Assembly: GCA_963664705.1 (NCBI GenBank)
Contig: OY761556.1
Coordinates: 5,344,001-5,408,000 of the forward strand
Length of the DNA: 64,000 nucleotides
Direction: 5' to 3'
DNA from: Acidobacteriota bacterium
GTDB lineage: Bacteria; Acidobacteriota; UBA6911
Under the pieces are notes generated by a model, which was given only the letters and a program-made list of their open reading frames with translations, was not told the origin of the DNA and did no database searches. Of the stretch, positions 38,457 through 48,037 are shown piece by piece. Each line of letters opens with the position of its first letter. The stretch's first letter is position 1. The translations under genes and the position numbers were made by a program.

Positions 38457-39425
38457 ATGTTTAAGATCAGGGATGTAGTGATAGATCCGCCGTTGATTTT
38501 GGCCCCTGTTGCCGGGCATACAGACTCGTTGTTCAGACAGGCAGTCAAGAGCCTGGGAGGCTGCGGTCTCGTTGTCTCGGAGCTGGTCAGCACGGAGGGA
38601 ATGACACGTCACCAGGCGCGTAGTGAGCATTTGACCCGTTTTGAGGATTGCGAAAGGCCTGTTTCCATACAGATTTTTGGCAGCGACCCCGTGCGCATGG
38701 CCGAATCGGCAGTCATGGTCGAGGCGATGGGCGCAGATATTGTAGACATCAACCTTGGCTGCCCGGTGAAGAAGGTTGTCCGGCAGGGTGGTGGAAGCAA
38801 CCTGCTCCGTGATCTTCCCTTGCTTGAAAGGATATTCAAGGCTGTGCGGCAGGCTATCAAAGCGCCGCTTACGGCCAAAATCCGAACCGGTTGGGACCGC
38901 AATTCTATCAATGCCACCGAAGTTGTCAAACTTGCGGAAGGCTGTGGAATTGAAGGGATCGCTATTCACGGCCGGACGCGGTGCGACATGTTTGCCGGAC
39001 AGGCTGACTGGAACGTGATCGCGGAGGTCAAAAAAAATGCCGGTATACCCGTAATCGGAAATGGGGATGTCTTTTCTCCATCAGATGCGGAAAGAATGTT
39101 CCAGTCCACAGGCGTCGATGGAGTCATGCTGGGACGGGGAGTTCTCAGCAACCCATGGCTGATCCGGCAATGCTGGGACTATTTAAGCGGCAAGGAGGTC
39201 CGGCAGACAAGTTTTGCAGAAAAGGCAGAATTCATGGTGCAATTCCTGCAAAAAGTCCATCGGGAGGCGCCGGCTCCCGTAGCTCTGGGCAAGATGAAGA
39301 AGATAGGAGGGTACCTCTCCAAAGGATTCCCCGGCAGCACACACCTTCGCGCCCACCTTCATGGCTCAAGTACAACCGCAGAGTTTTTTGAAGTATTGGC
39401 GGAATACTTCCGTCATTTGCAATAA
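38457..39425 (+). CDS. dusB: tRNA-dihydrouridine synthase B
   Basis: LAPVAG, QIFGSDP, DINLGCP, KIRTGW, IHGRT, IGNGD, GVMLGRG. Confidence 0.93.
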   Translation: MFKIRDVVIDPPLILAPVAGHTDSLFRQAVKSLGGCGLVVSELVSTEGMTRHQARSEHLTRFEDCERPVSIQIFGSDPVRMAESAVMVEAMGADIVDINLGCPVKKVVRQGGGSNLLRDLPLLERIFKAVRQAIKAPLTAKIRTGWDRNSINATEVVKLAEGCGIEGIAIHGRTRCDMFAGQADWNVIAEVKKNAGIPVIGNGDVFSPSDAERMFQSTGVDGVMLGRGVLSNPWLIRQCWDYLSGKEVRQTSFAEKAEFMVQFLQKVHREAPAPVALGKMKKIGGYLSKGFPGSTHLRAHLHGSSTTAEFFEVLAEYFRHLQ

Positions 39426-39446
39426 AGAGCGACAACAGAGAGTTGA

Positions 39447-40241
39447 TTATGCCAGGCCTTTGCGCTTGCGTCTCCAGCCGAAGATGGCGGCGACTCCAAT
39501 ACTGATGATGTAAAGCAGTATCATGGGAGCGGACCAGACCATCAGGTTGAAAGCATCTCCGGTCGGGGATATCACAGCCGCAAGGATGACGATGCCGATC
39601 ATGGCATATCTGAATTTGTCCCACAGGAATTTCGCGGAAACCAGACCAAAGATCGACAGGAATGCGACGATCACCGGCATTTCGAAAATCAGGCCCAAAC
39701 CCAGGATCATCATGTTCGTAAAATCAAGATACTCGTCAATCTTGATCATGGGGTCGAAGGCGGCCCCCATCTCATTCAGGAATTTGAATGTTGTCGGAAG
39801 AATAATGAAGTAGCAGAAGGCTGCGCCCAGGAGAAACAGCAGGATTGAAGAGACAAGAAAAGGGACTACATAGCGCTTTTCCTTCTGGTAGAGTCCCGGC
39901 GCGATAAACTTCCAGATCTCGTATAGAATAAAGGGAATGGTAACGAAGATTCCCGCCACAAAGGCGACCTTCATGTATACCGTGAACGGATCGGTTATGG
40001 ATGTATAGACGAGATGCTTCCCGGGAGGAAGCGTCTTGGTCATTGGGGCTGCCAGGAAATTATAGATTTTCTGGTGAAAGAACCAACTGACGAGGAAGCC
40101 TACACCGACATAGGCGGCGATGTGGACAAGGCGCTTGCGCAGTTCGTCAAGGTGTTCCAGAAAGGACATCTTTCCGGATTCGTGTTCTTCCGGTGCGGAA
40201 GATCCGGTTTCAGCCTCCAACTCCGTTCGTACATCACTCAT
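39447..40241 (-). CDS. tatC: Twin-arginine translocase subunit TatC
   Basis: MSFLEHLDELRKRL, WKFIAPGLY..EK, FEMP, AVISPTGD. Confidence 0.97.
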   Translation of the reverse strand: MSDVRTELEAETGSSAPEEHESGKMSFLEHLDELRKRLVHIAAYVGVGFLVSWFFHQKIYNFLAAPMTKTLPPGKHLVYTSITDPFTVYMKVAFVAGIFVTIPFILYEIWKFIAPGLYQKEKRYVVPFLVSSILLFLLGAAFCYFIILPTTFKFLNEMGAAFDPMIKIDEYLDFTNMMILGLGLIFEMPVIVAFLSIFGLVSAKFLWDKFRYAMIGIVILAAVISPTGDAFNLMVWSAPMILLYIISIGVAAIFGWRRKRKGLA

Positions 40242-40525
40242 TGATTCTCTTTTGACCCTGCCGACTCTGCGGAGTTGCTGGCGTCATCCCCGAGGATATC
40301 TGATTTTTTAATCGTGCTGTCCTTGAGGATCTCGGACACCTGCTCTTTTTCTTTATCGATCCGGACTTCATCTTCCCAGGTCTGCTTCAGCTCATTGGAT
40401 GCCCTCTTGAACTCGGCCAAGCCCTTGCCCAGGGTCTTTCCAAGTTCCGGCAATTTTCGAGGGCCGAAGATGATCAGTGCAAGAACAAAGATGATGATAA
40501 TTTCTTGCATTCCCAAGGAGCCCAT
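40238..40525 (-). CDS. tatA: Twin-arginine translocase TatA/TatB subunit
   Basis: MGSLGMQEIIIIFVLALIIFGPRKLPELGKTLGKGLAEFK. Confidence 0.9.
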   Translation of the reverse strand: MGSLGMQEIIIIFVLALIIFGPRKLPELGKTLGKGLAEFKRASNELKQTWEDEVRIDKEKEQVSEILKDSTIKKSDILGDDASNSAESAGSKENQ

Positions 40526-40798
40526 AGCATCACCTACTTTCTCGGCTTCTTCCCTGCCTCTGATAACGTGGTTCAAGTCTAATTTAGGGTCATCCGGAAG
40601 TCAATGCGGGATCCTTCGTGCCGGTGATCAATGTTTCGGACAGCTCTTTTTGCCCTTTTGAACCGTTATCCGGGCGACTACCATATTCAATGGATGGGCA
40701 GACGATCGCATTGTGGCCGGGAAGCTCGATCTTGTAACCCTTTAACGCTGCATGATATACTCTGTCCGCTTAGATGTACCACGTGGAGCCAACCCTTT

Positions 40799-42448
40799 AT
40801 GAAACATCGTTTTGCAGTTACCCTAACACTGATCGTTCTTTTATCCTCCGTAACAGGAGGGTTGCTGGGCGGCAATACCACCGCTAAAGCCGGACAGTCT
40901 GCTCAGACATCGTCTACGGAGTTTCTGACCAATTTTACAGAAGCACTGGATGTGATTCAGCAGACGTATGTGGATAAGGTTGGCCCCGACAAGCTGGTCT
41001 ATAGCGCTATTAAAGGCATGCTCCGCGTGCTTGACCCGCATTCGAGCTTCTTTGATCCTAAGGAGTTTTCCCGTCTTCGCGAAGAGCAGCACAGCAAGTA
41101 CTTCGGGCTTGGCATCCGAGTGAGAACGCTGCTGCGCGACAGAGGCAAGGTTGCGATTGTCGAACCGCCTCAAATTGGTTCTCCTGCGGAGAAAAAGGGA
41201 CTGCGCGCAGGAGACGTGATCACAAAAATTGAGGGAGCATCGATTGACGATTGGACCTCGGACGAGGTGGTAAACCACCTTCGTGGCCCGAAGGGGACCA
41301 CGGTTAACATTACAATTGAAAGGCCCGGAGTTCGGGACCCGATTCAAGTGAGCGTCGAGCGGGACGAGATTCCTCTGATCACGGTTCCATACGCCTTTGA
41401 AGTGAAGCCTGGGATCGGCTATGTCAAAATTGATCGATTCTCGGAATCTACTGCAGATGAATTGCGGAACAAATTGAAGGAACTGAATTCTGCCAACCTC
41501 GCTGGCCTTATTCTGGATTTAAGAGATAATCCAGGCGGATTGCTGAACCAGGCTATTGATGTAGCGGATTGTTTCCTGCCGCAGAAGGATCTGGTCGTCT
41601 CCACGAAAGGCCGGGCCGATAATTCCTCGCGGTCCTATCGCGCTCCGAGTCTCGAAAAGGTGAAGGTGCCGCTTGTTGTGCTCATTAACCGGCACAGCGC
41701 CAGCGCCTCTGAGATTGTTGCCGGCGCTCTTCAGGATCATGACCGGGCGTTGATCGTGGGCGAAACAAGTTTCGGCAAAGGCCTGGTTCAATCAGTCTAC
41801 CCACTTGAAAATGATACCGGGATGGCACTAACTACAGCCAAGTATTACACGCCGAGCGGAAGACTGATCCAGCGGGATTATTCCGGCTCTACATTCGAAT
41901 ATTTCTTCCTCAATGGTGGAGATGCCGCAGTTCCGGAAAATCACAGAGAACGGGAAATCCGCTCCACGGACAGTGGACGAAAAGTCTATGGAGGAGGGGG
42001 GATTACTCCTGATTTCATGGAACCCACACGCGAGCCGAACCGGTTTGAAGGACGCCTCGCTTCTAAAGATGTTTTCTTCCAATATGCGCGACGGCTTACT
42101 TCGGGTCAGGTGCCCGGGGCAGCCAACTTCCAGCTGAATAGCCAGGAAAAAAGCTCGAAATCCATTGCATCCCTTGAAATCACAGATGCTATCCTCGCGG
42201 ATTTCAAGAACTTCCTGCGCGAGAAGCAGGTTGATTTTACAGAAGACGATATTCAGAAAAATGTCGACTTCATAAAAAGAAGAATCCGGCAGGAAATTTT
42301 TACATCCAACTTTGGGCTCCAGGAAGGCTTCAGAATCGCTATTCAAGGGGATACGCAGGTTTTGAAGGCTCTGGAAGTTATGCCTGAAGCCAAATTGCTG
42401 ATGACCTCCGGGAAGACGTCGTCAACCGCGCAGAACCCGGCTCACTAG
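40799..42448 (+). CDS. ctpA: S41A carboxyl-terminal processing protease (PDZ)
   Basis: Signal peptide, LDPHS, PDZ domain, DLRDNPGGLL, SASASEIVAGALQD, FGKGLVQ, YYTPSGR. Confidence 0.94.
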   Translation: MKHRFAVTLTLIVLLSSVTGGLLGGNTTAKAGQSAQTSSTEFLTNFTEALDVIQQTYVDKVGPDKLVYSAIKGMLRVLDPHSSFFDPKEFSRLREEQHSKYFGLGIRVRTLLRDRGKVAIVEPPQIGSPAEKKGLRAGDVITKIEGASIDDWTSDEVVNHLRGPKGTTVNITIERPGVRDPIQVSVERDEIPLITVPYAFEVKPGIGYVKIDRFSESTADELRNKLKELNSANLAGLILDLRDNPGGLLNQAIDVADCFLPQKDLVVSTKGRADNSSRSYRAPSLEKVKVPLVVLINRHSASASEIVAGALQDHDRALIVGETSFGKGLVQSVYPLENDTGMALTTAKYYTPSGRLIQRDYSGSTFEYFFLNGGDAAVPENHREREIRSTDSGRKVYGGGGITPDFMEPTREPNRFEGRLASKDVFFQYARRLTSGQVPGAANFQLNSQEKSSKSIASLEITDAILADFKNFLREKQVDFTEDDIQKNVDFIKRRIRQEIFTSNFGLQEGFRIAIQGDTQVLKALEVMPEAKLLMTSGKTSSTAQNPAH

Positions 42449-42542
42449 TCGAGCAAAGCGCCGGAATCCTGGAAGGTCGATTTTTCTTTAACAGGAAGAA
42501 AGTTCGCGATAAGGTTCTCCTGTTTTTCATATTTGCATATAC

Positions 42543-44231
42543 TTGGTAATCATGATCAGACTTGGGTTTGTCCGCAGAGTTGCATTGTCGTGCATTTCGT
42601 GCAGCCTCGCCATCGGTGTTGTGCCAAAGGCCTATCCGACCGAACTCGCTGTGAATGATGCTTACGAATCCACGTATAGTTCTGAAAGTCCTGCGCTGCC
42701 GAGACCCGTCCAGGATCTCATGCAAGCCTCGCGCCTGAAGTACCTCGAGGGATCGGGCCTGATCAAGGCGGGAGAGTCGGACAAAGCGCGCGAGTCTTTT
42801 AATAAGGCTGTCGATCTGTTACTCCAATCGGATTGGGACATTCCCTCTACACCGGCGTTAAGCCATTATTTCCAGGAACTGGTACAAAAGATTCAGGAGG
42901 ATGAATCCCGTTACCTGACCGCACCCGGAGAGACTCCGGAGGAAATTGAGACTGCGGTTGTCGATGAGTTGGACCAGCTCGATCTGTCCCCCGCCATCAT
43001 TGATCCGGCGATTCAAGCCTTGGAGAATGAAATAGCCGGAACAAAATATGAAATTCCTATTAACGTCAATGAGATGGTCGCCAAGTCGTTGGATTATTGG
43101 CTAAAAAGTGGACGCAAGTACTTTGTGGATGGGCTTGTTCGATCCGGACAATACCGCCCCATGATTGAAAAGGTGTTCCGCGAGGAATCCATTCCCCTTG
43201 ATCTGATGTACCTCGCTCAAGTTGAAAGCCTTTTTAAAACGCATGCAGTGTCCAGGGCTCAGGCAAAGGGGATATGGCAGTTTGAAAAAGGCACCGCGAT
43301 CCGGTATGGATTGAAGGTTACCAAGGACGTCGATGAAAGATCCGATCCGGAAAAATCCACGCGTGCGGCTGCCCGCTATCTGAATGACCTTTTTGCCATG
43401 TTCAAAGACTGGAATCTTGCGCTGGCAGCTTATAACTGGGGTGAGGGGAAGGTTCAGCGGCTGATCAACAGTACCGGACTCACTGATTTCTGGAAGCTGG
43501 TCGATCTGAGACGCAGATTGCCCGAGGAAACCAAAAACCATGTTCCGCTCATCCAGGCAAGCGTGATCCTTGGTCGAAACCCCGAAAAGTTCGGGCTGCC
43601 TACGGAATTGGCTTCACCGTTGGAATATGCGGAAGTTTCCGTGTCAAAGCCGATCGATTTGAGGGCTGCCGCAAAGGTTTTGAGCACCTCAATTGATGAA
43701 CTCAAGAAATTGAACCCGTCTTTGCGTGGTTTAACTACGCCGGCCAATTATCCCAATTTTCAGCTTAAGGTACCGGCAGACAGCGACCCGATGAGCCATG
43801 AGCAGCTTGCCTCTCTTCCAACGGCAAAGATCATCGTCCGCGAGAGTGCAAGTGTCAGGTATAAAGTCAAATCCGGCGATTCATTGAATCGAATTGCCGC
43901 TAAGTACCACGTAACCGTTTCGGAGCTTGAACGGGTCAACAAGTTGTCCTCTAAAAAGAACCTGAAGGCCGGAACCTGGATTCAGATTCCGTCGCATAAT
44001 GTTCAGTCTGCTTCTTCGGAACCAAAACGAGCGCAGTCTGCCAAAAGTGCTAAGGGAAAGGCCAAGTCCGCAAGATCGATAGCCGCTTCTGAAAAGATAA
44101 TAGGGAAGAAGGCCAGGAAGAGTGTTGCTGTAAAGCATGCAACGACAAAGGTTCGGCCCAATGCCCAGGTAGTTTCCCTGAAAAGGCAGCTGGACTCCCG
44201 GCTCTCAAAAAAGCAAGTAGCCTCCAAGTAG
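42543..44231 (+). CDS. mltD: MltD-like lytic transglycosylase with LysM
   Basis: LAQVES, AKGIWQF, DERSDPEKST, ALAAYNWG, ETKNHVP, LysM (YKVKSGDSL), basic tail. Confidence 0.9.
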   Translation: MVIMIRLGFVRRVALSCISCSLAIGVVPKAYPTELAVNDAYESTYSSESPALPRPVQDLMQASRLKYLEGSGLIKAGESDKARESFNKAVDLLLQSDWDIPSTPALSHYFQELVQKIQEDESRYLTAPGETPEEIETAVVDELDQLDLSPAIIDPAIQALENEIAGTKYEIPINVNEMVAKSLDYWLKSGRKYFVDGLVRSGQYRPMIEKVFREESIPLDLMYLAQVESLFKTHAVSRAQAKGIWQFEKGTAIRYGLKVTKDVDERSDPEKSTRAAARYLNDLFAMFKDWNLALAAYNWGEGKVQRLINSTGLTDFWKLVDLRRRLPEETKNHVPLIQASVILGRNPEKFGLPTELASPLEYAEVSVSKPIDLRAAAKVLSTSIDELKKLNPSLRGLTTPANYPNFQLKVPADSDPMSHEQLASLPTAKIIVRESASVRYKVKSGDSLNRIAAKYHVTVSELERVNKLSSKKNLKAGTWIQIPSHNVQSASSEPKRAQSAKSAKGKAKSARSIAASEKIIGKKARKSVAVKHATTKVRPNAQVVSLKRQLDSRLSKKQVASK

Positions 44232-44361
44232 ACCCTGAATACGAACCAACCTAATTCCACGCGGAATGATCAAAAACGGGAAAGATCAGAACATTTCTTC
44301 AAGGTTCATCGTATTAAGATGAGTCGCACCCATCTTTTGGTGCCGCAGGACTGCAAAGCTT

Positions 44362-45666
44362 ATGGGGATGAATTTATCTGCTCTTGATTTGCCAGCGCCG
44401 GCGGCTCTGGATACGAACCAGCCAAAAAGGCGATCCAGTGCCGCGGTATGGGAAGCTTTCCGCATTGCAACCGACTCTATTTGGAACCACAAATTAAGGT
44501 CCATGCTGACGCTTCTCGGTATCATCATTGCCATCGCGTCGGTGGTTACCGTGGGTGGTGCCATAGAAGGGCTGGGTGCATATATATGGAAACAGCTCTC
44601 TTCTACATTTGCCAGCAATACATTTGTCGTTGCCCGGATTGCCGGTGCCAACATGTCCGAAGAAGAATACGAAAAGCGGATCAAGCGCAATAAGAACCTT
44701 TACGCGGCCGATTTGAGGGCGGTCGAGGGCGCGTGCGAGGGATGTGAGGCGATCTCGCCCATGATGCGCGGCACAGACACGATCAAAAGAGGCAACAAGG
44801 TTGTTTATGACGCCAATATTTCTGGCGTAAGTGCGGATATGCCGAAGATTCAGTCGGTCGATCTCGCCGAAGGTCGCTTCGTCACCTCTTCCGAAATTGC
44901 GCATGCGCATAACACGGCCGTTATCGGGGCGCAGATCCGCGAGGAGTTGTTTGGACCGGTTGCTGCCATGGGAAAGGAAATCAAGATCGGTGAGGATAGC
45001 TTCACCGTTATTGGCGTCGAGGTCGCCAAAGGCAACATGCAGGGGCAATCACTCGACAAAAATATCTATATCCCCTATACGGCATACCTGAAAAAATATG
45101 GCACGCGCAGATCCATCTCCTTTCAGGTTCGAGCCCCGTCGGAGACAACGCTTCAAGGCACTCAGGACGAAGTACGTCAGATTTTAAGATCCAGGCATAA
45201 GCTTAAGCCAAGCAAGGAAGATGATTTTGATATTCTGACGAGCAGCGCTATCCAGGAAACCATTGGCCAGATCACGGGGATGATTGCTGCGGTTATTATC
45301 CCGATTACGCTGATTGGACTCGTCGTGGGTGGCATTGTCGTCATGAACATTATGCTCGTTACGGTCACCGAAAGAACGGTCGAGGTGGGCACGCGGAAGG
45401 CTGTCGGAGCCAGGCAAAGCGATATCCTGCTCCAGTTTCTTATTGAATCCGCACTTCTGGCCACGATCGGTGGACTGCTCGGGCTTGGGTTATCCTATGT
45501 TTTCTGCAACATCATTGAGAGCACGGTCGGATTTCCCATGCGAATTACCCTTGGTTACGTTCTCCTCGCGATCCTTACCTCTGGTGGTGTGGGGATGATT
45601 TCGGGTATTTACCCTGCATATAGAGCATCGAAACTCAGTCCTATTGTTGCATTGGCACGAGAATAA
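44362..45666 (+). CDS. MacB/FtsX-type ABC transporter permease
   Basis: KLRSMLTLLGIII, VGGIVVMNIMLVTVTERT.EVG.RKAVGA, PAYRASKL.P. Confidence 0.93.
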   Translation: MGMNLSALDLPAPAALDTNQPKRRSSAAVWEAFRIATDSIWNHKLRSMLTLLGIIIAIASVVTVGGAIEGLGAYIWKQLSSTFASNTFVVARIAGANMSEEEYEKRIKRNKNLYAADLRAVEGACEGCEAISPMMRGTDTIKRGNKVVYDANISGVSADMPKIQSVDLAEGRFVTSSEIAHAHNTAVIGAQIREELFGPVAAMGKEIKIGEDSFTVIGVEVAKGNMQGQSLDKNIYIPYTAYLKKYGTRRSISFQVRAPSETTLQGTQDEVRQILRSRHKLKPSKEDDFDILTSSAIQETIGQITGMIAAVIIPITLIGLVVGGIVVMNIMLVTVTERTVEVGTRKAVGARQSDILLQFLIESALLATIGGLLGLGLSYVFCNIIESTVGFPMRITLGYVLLAILTSGGVGMISGIYPAYRASKLSPIVALARE

Positions 45667-45677
45667 GCGAGACCTCC

Positions 45678-46916
45678 ATGATTGATCACCGCGAAAATAT
45701 AACGATGGCATTTGAGACGCTTCTTGCCCATAAGTTCCGAAGCTTTCTGACTGTGCTCGGGATTGTCGTCGGGGTCTCGGTGGTAATTGTCATTGCATCG
45801 TTGCTTTCGGGCGTAAAGGCCAGTCTCGTGGCATCCATTGAGGATTTGGGAGCCAACAACATACTTGCATTCCACCGTAATCTCGGCGTTTCCGTAGGTG
45901 GGCGAGCCTCCAGAGAAGAGAGAATGCGAAAGCCGCTCACGGTAGATGACGCAAAGGCGATAAAGGAACAGTGCCCTTCCGTTCAGGATGTCGCCTATAT
46001 CGGGATTCCCTGGAGCACGCGCATTGCGGTCAAGTACCGGGATAAGACGCTGCGAGGCGGGGAATTTGATGGAGTAAGCCAGAACCTTTCCACAGTGTAC
46101 AACCTGAAAATTGCCAATGGACGATTCTTTACTGAATCGGAGGATGACCATAAGGCTTCAGTCGCGGTTATTGGTCCGGATACAGCCGAAGCATTGTTTG
46201 CATATTCCGATCCTATCGGAAAACAGATCTTGATCCAGGGGCACCCGTTTACCGTTCTGGGCGTTACGGAAAAGAGCAAGCTTGGCTCGATGATTGGAGA
46301 GGCTGATAATTACATTTACATTCCTTACGGCACCTTTCACAAGATGATGCCTTGGGAAAAATTCCACCAACTGCTTATCCAGGCAAAGTCTGGTCTGCGT
46401 CCGCAGGCAATGGATGAGGCAGAAAGCCTTCTACGCCGCCGCCGAGATGTAAAGCACGCTGATCCAAACAACTTCAGCCTGACCACTGCAGACACCCTCG
46501 TAAAGCAACTCGATCAGGTTACTGCCATGATTGGAATGATCGCCATTGCTATCTCCAGCGTTGGTCTGCTGGTCGGGGGAATCGGCGTCATGAACATCAT
46601 GCTTGTATCGGTAACGGAACGTACTCGGGAAATCGGCGTGCGCAAAGCGATCGGAGCCACAAAAAGCGATATCGTTCTGCAATTCCTTTATGAAGCAATG
46701 ACTCTTACCGCCATTGGCGGAATCTTTGGAATCATCCTCGCGGTTGCGATCAGCTTTATTGTTATTGCATTATTACCCTCATTACCAGCTACAATCCCAC
46801 TATGGGCGGTATTCACGGGACTGACCGTCTCGGTGGCCATAGGGTTGATTTTCGGGGTCTGGCCCGCGCGAAAGGCGGCCCAGCTCGACCCGATTGTGGC
46901 TCTCCGCTACGAATAG
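45678..46916 (+). CDS. MacB/FtsX-type ABC transporter permease
   Basis: KFRSFLTVLGIVVG, VGGIGVMNIMLVSVTERTREIGVRKAIGA, ALRYE. Confidence 0.93.
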   Translation: MIDHRENITMAFETLLAHKFRSFLTVLGIVVGVSVVIVIASLLSGVKASLVASIEDLGANNILAFHRNLGVSVGGRASREERMRKPLTVDDAKAIKEQCPSVQDVAYIGIPWSTRIAVKYRDKTLRGGEFDGVSQNLSTVYNLKIANGRFFTESEDDHKASVAVIGPDTAEALFAYSDPIGKQILIQGHPFTVLGVTEKSKLGSMIGEADNYIYIPYGTFHKMMPWEKFHQLLIQAKSGLRPQAMDEAESLLRRRRDVKHADPNNFSLTTADTLVKQLDQVTAMIGMIAIAISSVGLLVGGIGVMNIMLVSVTERTREIGVRKAIGATKSDIVLQFLYEAMTLTAIGGIFGIILAVAISFIVIALLPSLPATIPLWAVFTGLTVSVAIGLIFGVWPARKAAQLDPIVALRYE

Positions 46917-47009
46917 CAGCTTGTTTTGTTTGTTTGAGTCTTTATCCATTAGAGTTAAACTCTAAGCTTCCTAGGCCCAGGTAATCGACACTACTTGCAA
47001 GGAGAGCAT

Positions 47010-47774
47010 ATGGGACCGGTTAAAATCATGCCGTGCCTGGACATTAAAAATGGCCGTGTTGTCAAAGGAATCCACTTCACTGATTTGAGAGATGCTGGGG
47101 ATCCAGTGGGAAATGCTGCCTTCTATCAGCAGGAAGGTGCGGATGAGCTCGCTATGCTGGATATAGCGGCGACCGTGGAAAATCGCAGGACGCGGGTGGA
47201 ATGGGTTCGGAATGTGTCCTCGGTTATCCATATCCCTTTAACTGTAGGCGGAGGCATTGCGCAACTGAACGACATCGAGGAGATCCTCGAGGCTGGAGCC
47301 GAAAAGGTTTCCATAAATAGTGCTGCGGTCAAGCGCCCTGCTTTGATTGAAGAAGCGGTCCGGCAATTCGGTCCAGAGTGTATTACAGTTGCAATCGATG
47401 GCAGGCGCAATAGAGAGATGCCTTCAGGGTTTGAACTTGTCGTGTCGGGTGGGACCGAACCTGTCGGTAAGGATGCTGTGGAGTGGGCAAAGCAGTGCGA
47501 GAGCCTGGGCGCCAGTGTCATCCTCCCAACAAGCATGGACGGGGATGGAACGCAGGCCGGGTATGATCTGGAATTTACGCGCGCGATTGCAGAGGCCGTC
47601 AAAGTTCCGGTGATTGCATCCGGCGGGGCCGGAAAGCTCGAGGACTTTTCCGCGGCGGTTACCCAAGGGAAGGCCGCCGTTCTATTGGCTGCCTCGGTCT
47701 TCCATTTCAGGGTATTAAGCATTCGGCAGGTTAAGGAATTTCTGCGCGGCCAGGGAATCGACGTATTGCTATAG
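47010..47774 (+). CDS. hisF: Imidazole glycerol phosphate synthase cyclase subunit
   Basis: IMPCLDIKNGRVVKG, DAGDP, PLTVGGG, KVSINSAA, TSMDGDGT, IASGGAG, LAASVFH. Confidence 0.93.
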   Translation: MGPVKIMPCLDIKNGRVVKGIHFTDLRDAGDPVGNAAFYQQEGADELAMLDIAATVENRRTRVEWVRNVSSVIHIPLTVGGGIAQLNDIEEILEAGAEKVSINSAAVKRPALIEEAVRQFGPECITVAIDGRRNREMPSGFELVVSGGTEPVGKDAVEWAKQCESLGASVILPTSMDGDGTQAGYDLEFTRAIAEAVKVPVIASGGAGKLEDFSAAVTQGKAAVLLAASVFHFRVLSIRQVKEFLRGQGIDVLL

Positions 47775-48037
47775 GCGCGGATATGCAGGCGAATTTCAAA
47801 ATCCGCCGCCATAGGGAGAGGCAAACTGGCCGAAAATTTCAAGATTGCGCCAATTTTGATTGAGCTACTCCCGGATACCGGAGTTCAACGCCGGTCGACC
47901 GGCTATTTTCTGTCCTTTACTTGAGCGGGATATTCAAGTAACGTTCTTCGGCTCGATAAATTGGCTTCGCAGTCTGGAAATTTTCGATTTAGTTGAAGTT
48001 TTCCCGCCTGTCAAAAGTCAAAACAAAAGGAATAGAA

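Noticed and set aside
44362-46916. Two ABC permeases without an ATPase as a broken or novel transporter
   Set aside because: Paired MacB-type permeases with the ATPase encoded elsewhere are common.
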